The notes under the pieces are model-generated. The model searched no databases and was not told where the DNA came from. It worked only from the letters and a program-made list of their open reading frames with translations. Shown one piece after another: positions 1 through 11,017 of a stretch of DNA of 64,000 nucleotides. Both the position numbers and the translations under genes were made by a program. Within the stretch, counting starts at the first letter, position 1. Each line of letters opens with the position of its first letter. The stretch is from Candidatus Marinacidobacterales bacterium (lineage in GTDB: Bacteria; Acidobacteriota; Vicinamibacteria; Marinacidobacterales; SMYC01): the NCBI GenBank assembly GCA_965237955.1, contig OZ250169.1:5184001-5248000 (forward strand). Direction: 5' to 3'.

Positions 1-171
1 GGCCCCCGGTGGGCGTGGGGGTAGAAACCTACCTGTAGAGTGACAAAATGTAAGATCTTCCGTTGAGGCACGTTGATGACAGCCGGGCGATTCCGTTGGT
101 TGCTCTTGCCAATCATCTGTTTCTAAGGTACTTATACGTTAGACTCACACCGTGGTGCCGACGCTCCGAAC

Positions 172-187
172 TGGCACGGGGGTTGCT
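172..187 (+). promoter_or_regulatory. sigma54 (-24/-12) promoter of the pilin gene
   Basis: TGGCAC-GGGGG-TTGCT is an exact match to TGGCAC-N5-TTGCW, 50 bp upstream of the pilin ATG. Confidence 0.85.
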
Positions 188-236
188 CTAGACGAGGGAC
201 GGAAGAGACAAAACAGTCCTTTTGGGAGGCATTGGA

Positions 237-776
237 ATGAAGAACAACAAAGGTTTCACCCTTATCGAGCTACTGATTGTGGTTGCGATTATCGGCATCA
301 TCGCCGCGATCGCGATCCCGAGCTTGCTCCGCGCCCGCGTCTCGGCTAACGAGGCCCAGGCGATTGGCGACACCCGTTCGGTGATCTCCGCTGAGCAGAC
401 GTACGCGTCCGCCAACGGTGGAATGTTCTCGAACTTGGTCAACCTCTGCCGGAACGGCGGCAACTGCGCCGGCATCGGCATCCCGAACTATCCGACCGCC
501 GCTCCGGAGTTCTGCGGTGGCGACCTCGGCCGCACTTCGCCTTACACGAAGTCCGGCTACTCGCGCCAGTGGACTGCGGGTCAGGCTCCGACGAACGTGT
601 CGACGAACCTGGATCCGGCCAGCGTGTTGGACTACTGCTACGACTCCTCGCCGGCCAGCCTTGGTCTGACGGGTGCGCGTTCGTTCTCGGGCTCGGGTAC
701 CGGTGCGCTCTACGTGGATCCCTCGGGTGCACAGATCGCTTGCCCGATTCCCGCTGCTACCGCGTTTCTCGAGTAG
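237..776 (+). CDS. Type IV pilin (probable major pilin)
   Basis: Class III signal MKNNKG|FTLIELLIVVAIIGIIAAIAIP; GGAGG RBS before ATG 237; own promoter and terminator. Confidence 0.92.
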   Translation: MKNNKGFTLIELLIVVAIIGIIAAIAIPSLLRARVSANEAQAIGDTRSVISAEQTYASANGGMFSNLVNLCRNGGNCAGIGIPNYPTAAPEFCGGDLGRTSPYTKSGYSRQWTAGQAPTNVSTNLDPASVLDYCYDSSPASLGLTGARSFSGSGTGALYVDPSGAQIACPIPAATAFLE

Positions 777-797
777 GTTTGCTTAGGCTCACGCATC

Positions 798-828
798 AAA
801 GGGGTAGCGCGCAAGCGCTGCCCCTTTT
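798..828 (+). terminator. Intrinsic terminator
   Basis: AAAGGGGTAGCGC-GCAA-GCGCTGCCCCTTTT hairpin followed by T-tract. Confidence 0.85.
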
Positions 829-1319
829 CGCTTTTCCCTCTACTTTGGCCCGTCTCTAATGCGCCACCAAACCTCGGTGGACTCCGTGAGCACGCGATAG
901 CATTCCCGACACTCCGTTATGTGGGCTTCGAGTGCCGCTCGCTCCTCTGAGCTCAATTTTCCGTCGATGAGTCTTGCTACCGTCTCAGCGGGAGGACATT
1001 TTTCCGAGTCCTATAAGAACGACCTACCCTACGGCGACTTTTCGGGCAGTCGAGCCGTGCGCTGGCTCACGCTGTATTACTCTCTGAGGCCTTCACGGCC
1101 AACCGTCCTCACGAGTCTCTACATCTCGCAGTCTTTCGCACCTTTACCCGCTTGTTGAAGGGGAGTGGAGCACGTTTTCCATGCCGCGGGGAACGAAAAC
1201 GCGCGGTATAGGCTGCGTGCGCGCATTCTCCCCGCGAACGTCGGTGACCTCCGTGCCTCCGTGGTGAAAAACGCCGCATGCGCGTCCCCGCCGCGTTGAA
1301 GTACAATCCATCGGATCTG

Positions 1320-3953
1320 ATGTCGCTAGGCTTCGAAGCGTATTGGCCCTTACTCCTGCTGCCGGCCGTGGCTTACCTGTGGTGGGTCCGGTGGGGTACC
1401 GATACGTCGTTGTCACCGCGGCATTTGAACCTTCTGACCGCCCTCCGTACCGCTGTCGTCTTCCTGCTGCTGCTCGCGCTGATGCGGCCGCTTCTGAATC
1501 GGCCGGGCAAAGAGATCTCGTCCATCTTCCTCGTCGACGTCTCGCGTAGCATTTCGCCCGAGTTCCTCAGTGCTGCCATCCAATGGAGTGGCGAGGCGGT
1601 CGAGACCGGACAGCCCGCCCACGCCCGTTTCATCGGCTTTGCGGCGCGGTCGGCCATCGTCGAGCGCGCCGAAGAGCTCGGCTCCTTGGCCGTCTATGAC
1701 GGCGCCTCGGTAGAATCCGGGGCGAGTCTTTCGCCCGGCGCTATCGACCAGAGCCGCACGAACATCGAGCGAGCTCTTCGTCACGCTCTCACGAGCTTCG
1801 CGCCTCACAAGCTCCGGCGCCTCGTCCTGATTACCGACGGGCACGAGACCGAAGGGTCTCTCGATGACGTTCTCGCCGAGCTCCAGGAGCAAGGCGTGCG
1901 CGTTTTCACGGTTCCGGCCGCGGTGCGCGCAGAAGGCGACAGCTGGATCGAGTCCGTCGAGATCCCGGGAAACGTTCGTGCCAAGGAAATGAACGAGGTC
2001 TCCGTGATCGTGTTCAGCCGTAGCGAGAAAGAGGCGATGATCACGCTCGAGACGTCATCCGCTCGCCTTGCCGGCCGCGAGCTGTCGTTGTCACCGGGCT
2101 TCACCCGGATTCCGTTCGAGGTGCGCTTACCCGACGAAGGACTGGTGGACTTACAGGCGCGGATCGAGACCGCGGAGGACCCTTTCCAAGTCAACGACAT
2201 ACGGGTCGAGACGGTGTCCGTAGGCGCGGCGCCGAAGGTGCTCTACGTCGAAGGCCATCTCGCGAGCGCTCGCTACCTGCGAGGGGCGCTCGAGTCCGAG
2301 GGATTGGACGTGACCGTCCGCTCGGGCGCCAACTTGGCTTCGGTGCCGTGGAGCTCTTTCGACGCTGTCATCCTGAGTGACGTTTCCGTAAAGAGCCTCG
2401 ATGACAGGACCATGCGCGCCCTCGAGCGCTACGTGCGCGACGAAGACGGCGGGTTCATATTCGCCGCGGGCGAAACCAGCTACGGCGAGGAAGGTTATTC
2501 CGACACCATCGTCGAGCGGATCCTCCCGGTGGAGTTTCGCGTCGAGGAGAAGTGGAAAGACCTGTCGCTCATCATCGTGCTCGACAAGTCTTACAGCATG
2601 TACGGCCGCAAGATCGCGCTCGCGAAAGAAGCGACCAAGGCGGCGCTCGATCTGCTCGAAGAAACCCATCGCTTCGGCGTCATCACCTTCGACTGGAATC
2701 CGTACACCACGATTCCGCTTCAGCTCGCCGCCAACAAGGACGTCATCAAAGACGGCATCAGCCGCATTCAGGCGAGCGCACAAACCAATATCTACCCGGC
2801 CCTCGAGCGCGCGTTCGAGCAGCTCGGAGAGAGTCCTTCGAAGGTCAAACACGTTATCTTGCTTTCGGACGGCAAGACGTACCCGGACGATTACCAAGAG
2901 CTCGTCGAGCGGATGACCGAAGAGGACATTACCCTTTCCACGGTTGCGGTCGGTGAAGAGGCGGACCAGGAGCTTCTGGCGGACATCGCCGAGTGGGGCG
3001 ACGGCCGGAGCTACTTCATTGCGGATGCTGAGCGTGTCCAGCAGATTTTCATCGAGGAAACGCAAATCGCGCTCGAGTCGACTCTGATCGAAGAATCTTT
3101 CGCGCCTCTCGTGAAGCTCGAGATCGAAGCGTTCCGCGGGATCGATTTCGATACCGCGCCCGAGTTGAAGGGCTACGTCAGCACGCTTCCCAAAGACACC
3201 GCGGAAGTCATCCTCGAAGCTCAGGACGAAGATCCGCTACTAGCGCGGTGGCACTACGGTATCGGCCGCTCGGTCATGTTCACGTCGGACGTCAAGAACC
3301 GGTGGGCCGTCGATTGGCTCACGTGGGACGGTTATGGGAAATTCTGGGCGCAGCTCGTCCGCAAGACCCTTAGGCGACAACACGGAGCGGAAGTCGATTT
3401 TCGCGTAGTGAGAAAAGGCGATGCGGCCGAAGTCGAGCTTCGCGTCATCGACGAAGACGGCCACTATCCCAAAGGACTCAGGCCCGCGCTCGAGATCACA
3501 GACCCGGCAAGCGCGGTCCATACCCAGGCGATGCGCCAAACGGCGCCCGGTGTCTATTGCGCGTCGGTGCCGCTCACGATCTCACCGGATTCGCCGTGGC
3601 GGTTCCGTCTTTCGGCTAACGGATTGCCGGAAGAGGCGCTGAGCAACGCAGGCGCGACGCGTGCCGTGTTCTATCCGTATCCGGACGAGTATCGCTTCTA
3701 CCCGCCCGATGCGACGAGGCTCGAGGCCATCGCGACCGAGACCGGCGGCAAATTCCGACCCGAGGTTTCCGACATCTTTGCCGACCTCGACGAGTCCGCG
3801 AGCGTTCCCACGGAGCTATGGCCGCTCCTCGCAGCACTCGCTTTGCTATTCTATCTTGTGGACATCGCACTGAGGCGCGCTCCGTGGCTCTGGGAATTGC
3901 TCGAGGCGCGCGTTGGCTCAATCAGACCTACCAGAGCAGAATTCACAGATTGA
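1320..3953 (+). CDS. Membrane-anchored double VWA domain protein with glutamine-amidotransferase-like middle domain
   Basis: Two MIDAS motifs (DVSRS, DKSYS) with LITDG/LLSDG; N- and C-terminal TM segments; FDAVILSDV/FAAGETSYG region. Confidence 0.85.
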   Translation: MSLGFEAYWPLLLLPAVAYLWWVRWGTDTSLSPRHLNLLTALRTAVVFLLLLALMRPLLNRPGKEISSIFLVDVSRSISPEFLSAAIQWSGEAVETGQPAHARFIGFAARSAIVERAEELGSLAVYDGASVESGASLSPGAIDQSRTNIERALRHALTSFAPHKLRRLVLITDGHETEGSLDDVLAELQEQGVRVFTVPAAVRAEGDSWIESVEIPGNVRAKEMNEVSVIVFSRSEKEAMITLETSSARLAGRELSLSPGFTRIPFEVRLPDEGLVDLQARIETAEDPFQVNDIRVETVSVGAAPKVLYVEGHLASARYLRGALESEGLDVTVRSGANLASVPWSSFDAVILSDVSVKSLDDRTMRALERYVRDEDGGFIFAAGETSYGEEGYSDTIVERILPVEFRVEEKWKDLSLIIVLDKSYSMYGRKIALAKEATKAALDLLEETHRFGVITFDWNPYTTIPLQLAANKDVIKDGISRIQASAQTNIYPALERAFEQLGESPSKVKHVILLSDGKTYPDDYQELVERMTEEDITLSTVAVGEEADQELLADIAEWGDGRSYFIADAERVQQIFIEETQIALESTLIEESFAPLVKLEIEAFRGIDFDTAPELKGYVSTLPKDTAEVILEAQDEDPLLARWHYGIGRSVMFTSDVKNRWAVDWLTWDGYGKFWAQLVRKTLRRQHGAEVDFRVVRKGDAAEVELRVIDEDGHYPKGLRPALEITDPASAVHTQAMRQTAPGVYCASVPLTISPDSPWRFRLSANGLPEEALSNAGATRAVFYPYPDEYRFYPPDATRLEAIATETGGKFRPEVSDIFADLDESASVPTELWPLLAALALLFYLVDIALRRAPWLWELLEARVGSIRPTRAEFTD

Positions 3954-5062
3954 CGACGCCCCTTCCTCATCGACGCATCATTGGCCGGCTATCGAGTCCC
4001 AACCCGGGGTCGATGCTCGTGGCGGTCGGTGGGCTCCACGGCAACGAGCGTGCCGGAGCCCATGCGCTCGTGCGCGTGGTCGAGCAACTCCAAGACGGCG
4101 CACCTCTCGTGCGCGGTGACGTGCTCGCCCTCACGGGGAATTTGAAGGCCCTGGAGGTTGGCAAGCGTTTCCTCGATGAGGATCTGAACCGTCGTTTTTC
4201 CCGTAGGTCAGTGGATGGTGACGTTGCCGAAGATCGCGAACGCACCGAGCTTCTCGACTTCCTCGACGACGCGTTCGCGAACGCGCGCGGTCCCGTCGTT
4301 CTCCTCGACCTTCACACCACCTCCGGCAAAGGCGCGCCCTTTGGTGTCTTTGCCGACACGATGGTGAGCCGTAACTTCGCGCGCCGCTTTCCCGTTCCGC
4401 TCGTGCTCGGTCTCGAAGAACAGCTCGCCGGAACGCTCGTCGACTTCGTGGGACTGAAGGGCCACGTCGCCGTTGGCTTCGAGGGAGGCCAGCACGACGA
4501 TCCAAAATCGATTGACCACCTGGCGTCCATCGTATGGCTTGCACTCGCCTACCTAGGACTCGTCGAGCGAAGCGTGGACGCCGAACGGCGTGCACTCGAG
4601 CGTGTGGCGAAAGATGCCCCCCGGGTACTCGAAGTCACCTATCGGCACGAGGTCGCACCGAGCGATGGCTTCCTCATGTTGCCGGGCTTTAGCTCGTTCC
4701 AGCTCATCGAGCAACGCCAGGTGATTGCCGAAGATGTGCGTGGTGACGTGGCGGTGCCCGAGAGCGGCTACCTCCTCATGCCTCTCTACCAGAGCCAGGG
4801 TGACGACGGCTTCTTCGTCGTCCAGAAAGTGTGGGTGTTCTGGCTGTGGCTGTCGGCCCTGCTGCGCTACGCGCGCGCGGGTAGGATCGCGCATTGGCTT
4901 CCGGGTATCGACCGCGTCGACGGCGAAGAGCACCGGGTGGTTGTCTATCGCCGAGTCGCGCGATGGTACTCGCTCGAATTCTTGCATCTACTCGGCTTCA
5001 GACGCCGGGAGGAGAGTGACGGCGTCCTGTTGATGGAGCGGCGTGCGCACGACTTGCCATGA
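3950..5062 (+). CDS. Succinylglutamate desuccinylase/aspartoacylase (M14-type) family protein
   Basis: GGLHGNE, DLNRRF and LDLHTT motifs; TTG start overlaps upstream TGA. Confidence 0.85.
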   Translation: MTTPLPHRRIIGRLSSPNPGSMLVAVGGLHGNERAGAHALVRVVEQLQDGAPLVRGDVLALTGNLKALEVGKRFLDEDLNRRFSRRSVDGDVAEDRERTELLDFLDDAFANARGPVVLLDLHTTSGKGAPFGVFADTMVSRNFARRFPVPLVLGLEEQLAGTLVDFVGLKGHVAVGFEGGQHDDPKSIDHLASIVWLALAYLGLVERSVDAERRALERVAKDAPRVLEVTYRHEVAPSDGFLMLPGFSSFQLIEQRQVIAEDVRGDVAVPESGYLLMPLYQSQGDDGFFVVQKVWVFWLWLSALLRYARAGRIAHWLPGIDRVDGEEHRVVVYRRVARWYSLEFLHLLGFRRREESDGVLLMERRAHDLP

Positions 5063-5295
5063 ACTTACTTCTTCTCTCCGCATTCTACCACTCGCTCGCG
5101 CTCGTGGCCGGCGTTCTGCAAACGACGGCACCTATTCTCACCGCAGTGACCGGTGATGCGACATTCGCGAAAGAGTTTTGCGCGCGCTACATCTATGACA
5201 GCGAGCTCCCCGACTACGAGACGCTTCTCGCGCTCGCGGGGTTCGAGCTCAGGCTCGTGGACGAAAAGAAACTGGACTTGGTTCCCAAGCCCTGA
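5059..5295 (+). pseudogene. Short chimeric remnant resembling the C-terminal part of M61-type aminopeptidases
   Basis: VTGDATFAKEFCARYIYDSELPDYETLLALAGFEL; too short to be an enzyme; family recognised from memory only. Confidence 0.4.
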
Positions 5296-5297
5296 TC

Positions 5298-5975
5298 ATG
5301 TTTCATCCCGACGGGCCGACGTTTTGGGAGTTGGCCCGCCAGGCACTTTCCTCCACCGAGCATGGCTACGATCTCATCGCGCCGAAGTTCGACGTCACAC
5401 CGTTTCGCACACCTGACGCGATCTTGACCCGCGCGTGCGCGTACATCAGCGAGCATCTGGAGCCGGGGCGAGTCTTGGATCTTTGCTGCGGCACTGGAGC
5501 GGTGCTGGAGATGCTCGATTACGAACACGCGGTTGGGCTCGATAGGAGCCGGGGCATGATGGAAGTCGCTCGCAAGAACGCTCCATCTGCGGCGTACGTG
5601 CGCGCGGACGCATTGCATCCGCCATTCGAAGCCGCATTCGACCTCGTGACCTGCTTCAGCGCGCTCGGCCACATCCTTCCCGCCGACGAGCAACCTTTCG
5701 TGCACGCAGTGAAATCATGCCTACGCCCAGGCGGGCATTTCGTGTTCGTCACTAGCCGCATGCCTTCGATGTGGTCTAGCAGCTATTGGGTCTCCCGTGG
5801 CTTCAACGCCGCCATGCACGTTAGAAACGCCCTCTGGTCGCCGCCGTTCGTCATGTACTACTTGACGTTCCTGTTGCCGAAAGCGACCGAGTACCTCGAG
5901 GACGCCGGGTTCGAAGTCCGTATCGTGGACGAGATGTTGGAGCGCCTCGTCCTCGTTGATGCGTCCCTCGATTAG
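5298..5975 (+). CDS. Class I SAM-dependent methyltransferase
   Basis: VLDLCCGTG motif I, GLDRSRGM, FDLVTC, LRPGG. Confidence 0.88.
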   Translation: MFHPDGPTFWELARQALSSTEHGYDLIAPKFDVTPFRTPDAILTRACAYISEHLEPGRVLDLCCGTGAVLEMLDYEHAVGLDRSRGMMEVARKNAPSAAYVRADALHPPFEAAFDLVTCFSALGHILPADEQPFVHAVKSCLRPGGHFVFVTSRMPSMWSSSYWVSRGFNAAMHVRNALWSPPFVMYYLTFLLPKATEYLEDAGFEVRIVDEMLERLVLVDASLD

Positions 5976-6064
5976 CTGATGTAGTCCTCTCGTTGTCCCG
6001 CAGGTGCGGCCCCAGCATCAGCGACCTAATCTAGACCACGGTGACAATGGGACTCGCGATTGGC

Positions 6065-6910
6065 CTAGGCCGAGTACCCCGGCGGGTACCAGCGGCCCGG
6101 GGGTTCCCATTTGCCTTCGTCGTTCTGCACCGTCAGAACGCGGACGCCGTCTTGAGTGACGGCGAGAGTGTGCTCGTATTGCGCTGAGAGCTTCCCATCG
6201 ATGGTGACAGCGGTCCAGCCGTCGTCGAGGACCTCCATCTCCCACCCGCCAACGTTTATCATCGGCTCGACGGTGAAGACCAGGCCGGGGGTCATGCGTT
6301 TGCCTCGCCCTTGCTCGCCGAAGTGGGGGACTTGCGGTGCTTCGTGAAACCCGCGACCGGTGCCATGTCCGACGAAATCGCGCACGACAGAGTAGCCCAA
6401 CGGCTCGACGTGCGATTGGATGGCGTGTCCAATGTCGCCCAAGCGGTTGCCGGGCTCGACGGCCGCGACACCCAGACGCTGCGCTTCGAGCGTGGCGACG
6501 AGTAGCTTCATCGTGTCTTCGCTGACTTCGCCTACGGGAATGGTCGAGGCGTTGTCGCCGTGGAAACCTTCGACGATGAGGGTCACATCGACGCCGACGA
6601 TGTCACCTTCTGTCAGTACTTGTCTTGGATTCGGAATGCCGTGGCAGATGACTTCGTTGACGGCGGTGCAAATGCTCTTGGGAAACCCCCGGTAGTGGAG
6701 CGGCGCGGCGACGACGTCGTGCTTCTTGGCGAACTCGACTTGCAGGTCGTCGATGTCTTGGGTGGTCATGCCGGGCTGGACTTGTTTGACGATCCACTCG
6801 AGGCATTCCGACGCGAGTCGGCCCGCCTTGGCCATGGTGTCTATTTCGGCCTGGCTTTTGATGAAGACGCGGCCGCTGGATTCGTAGAAGTTTTGGCCTG
6901 TTTCTTTCAT
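6065..6910 (-). CDS. map: Type I methionine aminopeptidase
   Basis: FPKSICTAVNEVICHGIP, GHGTGRGFHEAP, EPMIN, SAQYEHT. Confidence 0.95.
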   Translation of the reverse strand: MKETGQNFYESSGRVFIKSQAEIDTMAKAGRLASECLEWIVKQVQPGMTTQDIDDLQVEFAKKHDVVAAPLHYRGFPKSICTAVNEVICHGIPNPRQVLTEGDIVGVDVTLIVEGFHGDNASTIPVGEVSEDTMKLLVATLEAQRLGVAAVEPGNRLGDIGHAIQSHVEPLGYSVVRDFVGHGTGRGFHEAPQVPHFGEQGRGKRMTPGLVFTVEPMINVGGWEMEVLDDGWTAVTIDGKLSAQYEHTLAVTQDGVRVLTVQNDEGKWEPPGRWYPPGYSA

Positions 6911-6993
6911 TCCAGCATCCAGCATTCAGCATTCAGTTGTCTACGCGGACTTCATATTGCGTTTCGTCTTATTGTAACGTCATCGGCTTCGGG

Positions 6994-8400
6994 TTAGGCG
7001 AGTTTCTTCGAGTAGGGGCCGAGGATTGCTTTGCCTTCGTGGGCGATTCGGGATCGGGAGGCTAGGTAGAAGATCAGGCCTAGGGCGGACCATAGGATCA
7101 GGATTAGCCATTCTTGGGGCCAGATTAGGGCGGACGGGCTTCCGGGGAGGTAGAGGAGGATGAAGAACAGCGTTGCGATGAGGGCCAGCGAACCTACCAG
7201 CTTGGGGGCGGGGACTTGGTAGGGCCGCTCGAGATCTGGGTAGCGCTTTCTCAGTCGTAGGAACGACACCGTCACTAGGAAGTAGCCGAGTACGGTGGCC
7301 AGGCCGCCGGCGTTGACGAGCCATACAAGGACTTGGCGGCCGAACCACGGCGCGACGGTGGAGATCGCGGTCAGCAGGATGATGACGGCGACGGGGGAGT
7401 CGTAGCGGGGGTGAAGTCGGGCGAACACGGCAGGCAGCATTCCGCCTCGCGCCATGGCGAAGAGCAGCCGTGACGCGCCGATGAAAAAGGCGTTCCAGCT
7501 GGTGATGATTCCGAGGAGGCCGCCGAAGATGAGTGCTCGTGCTCCCCACGGAGAGTCGTAGACCGCGGCCATCGCGTCGGCCGTCGCGAGCGCGGAGGTT
7601 TCGCGGGCGGAGGCATCGAGGTTCAGCCCGACGGTCCACTGCACCAGGACGTACCAGGTCATCGCTATGACGATCGAGACCAACATCAGTTTTCCGACGG
7701 TGCGGAATGGAATCTTGATTTCCTCAGCTACTTGCGGGATGACGTCGAAGCCGAGAAATAGAAACGGTGTCATGATGACGACGCGGAAGAATCCTTCGAC
7801 GCTTACGAAGCGAGGTGCGAGGTTTGCGGTGTCGCCGGTAACGTTGCCCGGTATGAAGAAGGCGAGCCCTACCAGAAAGAGGGTTGTGGCAGCAGCGCCT
7901 TGAACGAACGACGACAATCGGATCCCGAAGTAGTTGACGATGCCAATCCCGACAGCACCTGCGATCCCGACGAGGACCCACGGCAAATGCACGTCCCAAC
8001 CGGCGATCGTGTAGAGATAGCCGGTATTCAATCCGGTGACGACGTACCCCGCGACGGTAGGAAGGGAAACGACTTCGAACGCGACCACGGTCAAGTAGGC
8101 GAGCACGAGCGCCCATCCGCACACGAAGGCCGCGCGGGGACCGATGCCGGCGTACGTGAACGCGAGCTCGCCGCCCGCGCGAGACAGCGACGACGTGAGC
8201 TCGGCATAGGTCAGGCCGACGAGGAACACCATGACCGCACCGAGAACGAACGCAAGTGCGGAACCGATGGTGCCGGCGCGCGCCGTCATTTCGCCGGAGA
8301 GAACTACCCAGCCCCATCCGATCATCGCGCCGAAGGTGAGGGCGAGCACGTCGTGCCGGCCGAGGACCTTCGTCAGCTCGTTCCGAGTGTCGCCGCTCAT
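6994..8400 (-). CDS. APC-family amino acid permease
   Basis: GAMIGWGW, FLGFDVIPQVAEE, SRLLFAMARGG, ERPYQVP; about 12 hydrophobic segments. Confidence 0.9.
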   Translation of the reverse strand: MSGDTRNELTKVLGRHDVLALTFGAMIGWGWVVLSGEMTARAGTIGSALAFVLGAVMVFLVGLTYAELTSSLSRAGGELAFTYAGIGPRAAFVCGWALVLAYLTVVAFEVVSLPTVAGYVVTGLNTGYLYTIAGWDVHLPWVLVGIAGAVGIGIVNYFGIRLSSFVQGAAATTLFLVGLAFFIPGNVTGDTANLAPRFVSVEGFFRVVIMTPFLFLGFDVIPQVAEEIKIPFRTVGKLMLVSIVIAMTWYVLVQWTVGLNLDASARETSALATADAMAAVYDSPWGARALIFGGLLGIITSWNAFFIGASRLLFAMARGGMLPAVFARLHPRYDSPVAVIILLTAISTVAPWFGRQVLVWLVNAGGLATVLGYFLVTVSFLRLRKRYPDLERPYQVPAPKLVGSLALIATLFFILLYLPGSPSALIWPQEWLILILWSALGLIFYLASRSRIAHEGKAILGPYSKKLA

Positions 8401-8424
8401 TTTTAGGCAGTGTATCATCGCGAC

Positions 8425-9165
8425 ATGAAGCCGATTCCGCGCGTGTCGCTCGTCATCCCGGCACGGAACGAGGAGCATTATTTACCGGCACTTCTCGATA
8501 GCGTTGATGAGGCGAGAGCACGTTTTCGGCACGGGCCGGACGCCGTCGAGGTCATCGTGGCCGACAACGCTTCGACCGATCGTACGGCTGACATCGCGTG
8601 CGCAAGAAATTGCGCCGTCGTCCGCGTAGAAAAGCGCGTCATTGCCGCAGTGCGCAACGGTGGAGGCCGGGCGGCGCGTGGCGAGGTCGTCGCTTTCGTC
8701 GATGCCGACTCGTGGATTCATCCCGAGACGTTCGACGCCATCGATGAAGTGATGTCCCTCGAGGACATTGTCGGGGGCGCGACCGGTCTCAAGATGTCAC
8801 GAATGTCCGCCGGGCTCGCCGTCACTTACGCAATCATGCTCGCGTTCGTGTGGACGAGTGGCTTGGACAACGGCGTCGTGTTTTGTCGGCGCACAGATTT
8901 CGACGCCATCGGAGGATACCGCGAGGACAAAGATTTCGCGGAAGATGTCCAATTCCTGCTGGACCTGAGAAAGCTCGGTCGCGGCCGCGGGGAGAAATTC
9001 GCTCGAGCCACCGCCGCCAAAGCAGTTACCTCGACACGCAAGTTCGACAGGTATGGCGACTGGCACTATCTCGTGAATTTCTTCCGCTCCCGGTACTGGT
9101 ATTTTCGGGATAAAACCGCACTTCACGAGTGGGGTCAGGACTACTGGTACCGGGACCGGGAGTAG
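8425..9165 (+). CDS. Glycosyltransferase family 2
   Basis: SLVIPARNEE, DNASTDRT, FVDAD, AEDV, TSTRKF. Confidence 0.88.
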   Translation: MKPIPRVSLVIPARNEEHYLPALLDSVDEARARFRHGPDAVEVIVADNASTDRTADIACARNCAVVRVEKRVIAAVRNGGGRAARGEVVAFVDADSWIHPETFDAIDEVMSLEDIVGGATGLKMSRMSAGLAVTYAIMLAFVWTSGLDNGVVFCRRTDFDAIGGYREDKDFAEDVQFLLDLRKLGRGRGEKFARATAAKAVTSTRKFDRYGDWHYLVNFFRSRYWYFRDKTALHEWGQDYWYRDRE

Positions 9166-9240
9166 CGCTTCTAGCGTGCACCGGTTAGAATCCCGCCATC
9201 CACAAAATGTAGTCTCGGTGCTATCAACGGGGGGATTTCG

Positions 9241-10257
9241 ATGCGTCTCACGCTTGCGATTGTGTTCATCGCCACCACCCTCGCCGCGCAGGACAAAGCC
9301 GGTGAAGGAGTTTGGCGCAACTACGACTTTACGCCCGGCAAGACCGCCTGGGTGGCTACTGATTTCTAGGAAGAACCCGTGGGCCGGTTTCCGGTGAGCC
9401 AGTTAGAGTTCGTCAAAGGCAACATGCAAATCGTCGAGCCCGACGGAGAAAAGGTACTTGAGGTATCGACGAACAGCGTGTTTCGGATCAACTTGCCCGA
9501 AGAGCTTCCCGAGGAGTTTACCCTCGAGGTGGTGGCGCGAGCGGGCGCGCCCAATCAAGCCACTAGGATCTTCTTCTCTCCACTCGAGGGAAGTATGAAG
9601 ACACACTCGGGTGTGTACCTGACGCTGAACCGCTGACCTGGTGTCTATTCCCACGGGCAACCCGTGTCGATGATCGATGCGCAGCGCGGCATCGCGGATC
9701 AGATGAACGACGTGAAATTTCAGGCTGACGGTGAGTCCGCGATGATGTACGTCGGTACCGAGCGCGCTGCCAATCTACCGAAGGCCGAGCTCGTCCGCTC
9801 GAACGTCATCGAATTTCACGTCACCGCTAACGCGCGACTCAGGAGCTACATCAAAAACGTCGTCGTCGCCGTGGGCATCGACAAGCTCTATGACTCGTTG
9901 ATGGCGAGGGGCGAGTTCACGACGCGCGGCATCTTCTTCGATTTCGACAGCGACGTGCTGCGTCCCGAATCGACACCGGTTCTCGAGGAGATTCGAGCGA
10001 CGCTCGCCGAGCACACCGAGCTCGAGGTGGTGATCGAGGGCCACACGGACAGTGCAGGCGAAGACGCCTACAACCTGAGTTTGTCCGAGCGTCGCGCGCA
10101 GTCGGTCGTGGCCTATCTCGTGGCGAACGGCATTGCCGAGAGTCGTCTCGGTGCTGCAGGGAAGGGTGAGACCGAGCCCGTGGCCGACAATGACTCACCG
10201 GAAGGTCGCGCTCAGAACCGTCGCGTCGTGATCAAAAAGAAGGCCGGCGCATCATGA
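9241..10257 (+). pseudogene. Secreted OmpA-domain protein interrupted by two in-frame stops
   Basis: One frame from ATG 9241 (signal peptide MRLTLAIVFIATTLAAQ) with TAG 9367-9369 and TGA 9634-9636; C-terminal IEGHTD...NLSLSERRA...NRRV OmpA motif. Confidence 0.75.
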
Positions 10258-10398
10258 AGCGAGGCAGTGTCCGGGCGCGTACTTACACTCTTTTCCAACA
10301 CGCGACGTTTGCAAGAGCGCTCGTGCGGATCTTTGCTGGATTCGCGCCTTGCCTCATCGCGTGGCAATCCAGTATCCTCGAAGAAGGAGGAATCTCGC

Positions 10399-10788
10399 AT
10401 GCTCGTAATCCTAGCCCTTCAAGATCTTGGCAACGACGGCGGCGGCATCGCCGGCGCGATTGGTGGATTGATTTACCTGGCGTTCCTGGTGTTGATGGTG
10501 GCCAGCCTCTGGAAAATATTCGACAAGGCCGGCGAGCCGGGCTGGGCGGCCATCATCCCGATTTACAACGTCGTCGTGCTGCTCAAGATCGTGGGGCGCC
10601 CGATATGGCGGCTCGTTCTGATGTTTATTCCCCTCGTCGGTGCCATCATCGCGATCCTCGTTACGATTGATCTCGCGAAGTCTTTCGGCCAGGGGGTCGG
10701 GTATGGAATCGGGCTCGTATTCCTGCCCTTTATTTTCGGCCCCATGCTCGCGTTCGGCGACGCCAGCTACGGCGGCCCGGCCGCCTGA
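10399..10788 (+). CDS. DUF5684-like small membrane protein
   Basis: LWKIFDKAGEPGWAAIIPIYN...LAKSFGQG; AAGGAGG RBS. Confidence 0.8.
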   Translation: MLVILALQDLGNDGGGIAGAIGGLIYLAFLVLMVASLWKIFDKAGEPGWAAIIPIYNVVVLLKIVGRPIWRLVLMFIPLVGAIIAILVTIDLAKSFGQGVGYGIGLVFLPFIFGPMLAFGDASYGGPAA

Positions 10789-11017
10789 CCTTCAGTCGCG
10801 CGCGCGCGACCACAACGCTGACAGCAGCGCTCGTTCTGTTCTGCGCGGCAGCGATGGGGTTCGTCGTCAGACAGAGATTCGCCGGGCGCGATTGTATGAG
10901 CGCTCCGTCACCGACTTCGAAGGCCGGCTCGGAAATCTCGGTGCCCAGGCGGGTGACGAAGGATTCGTGACGTCGTGACCGGCGTCGCGATGTGCTCGCG
11001 CCCGCCCTTGTTTTTGT

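Noticed and set aside
8400-8425. Only 24 bp between divergent permease and GT2 starts
   Set aside because: Start codons are uncertain and no regulatory feature could be supported
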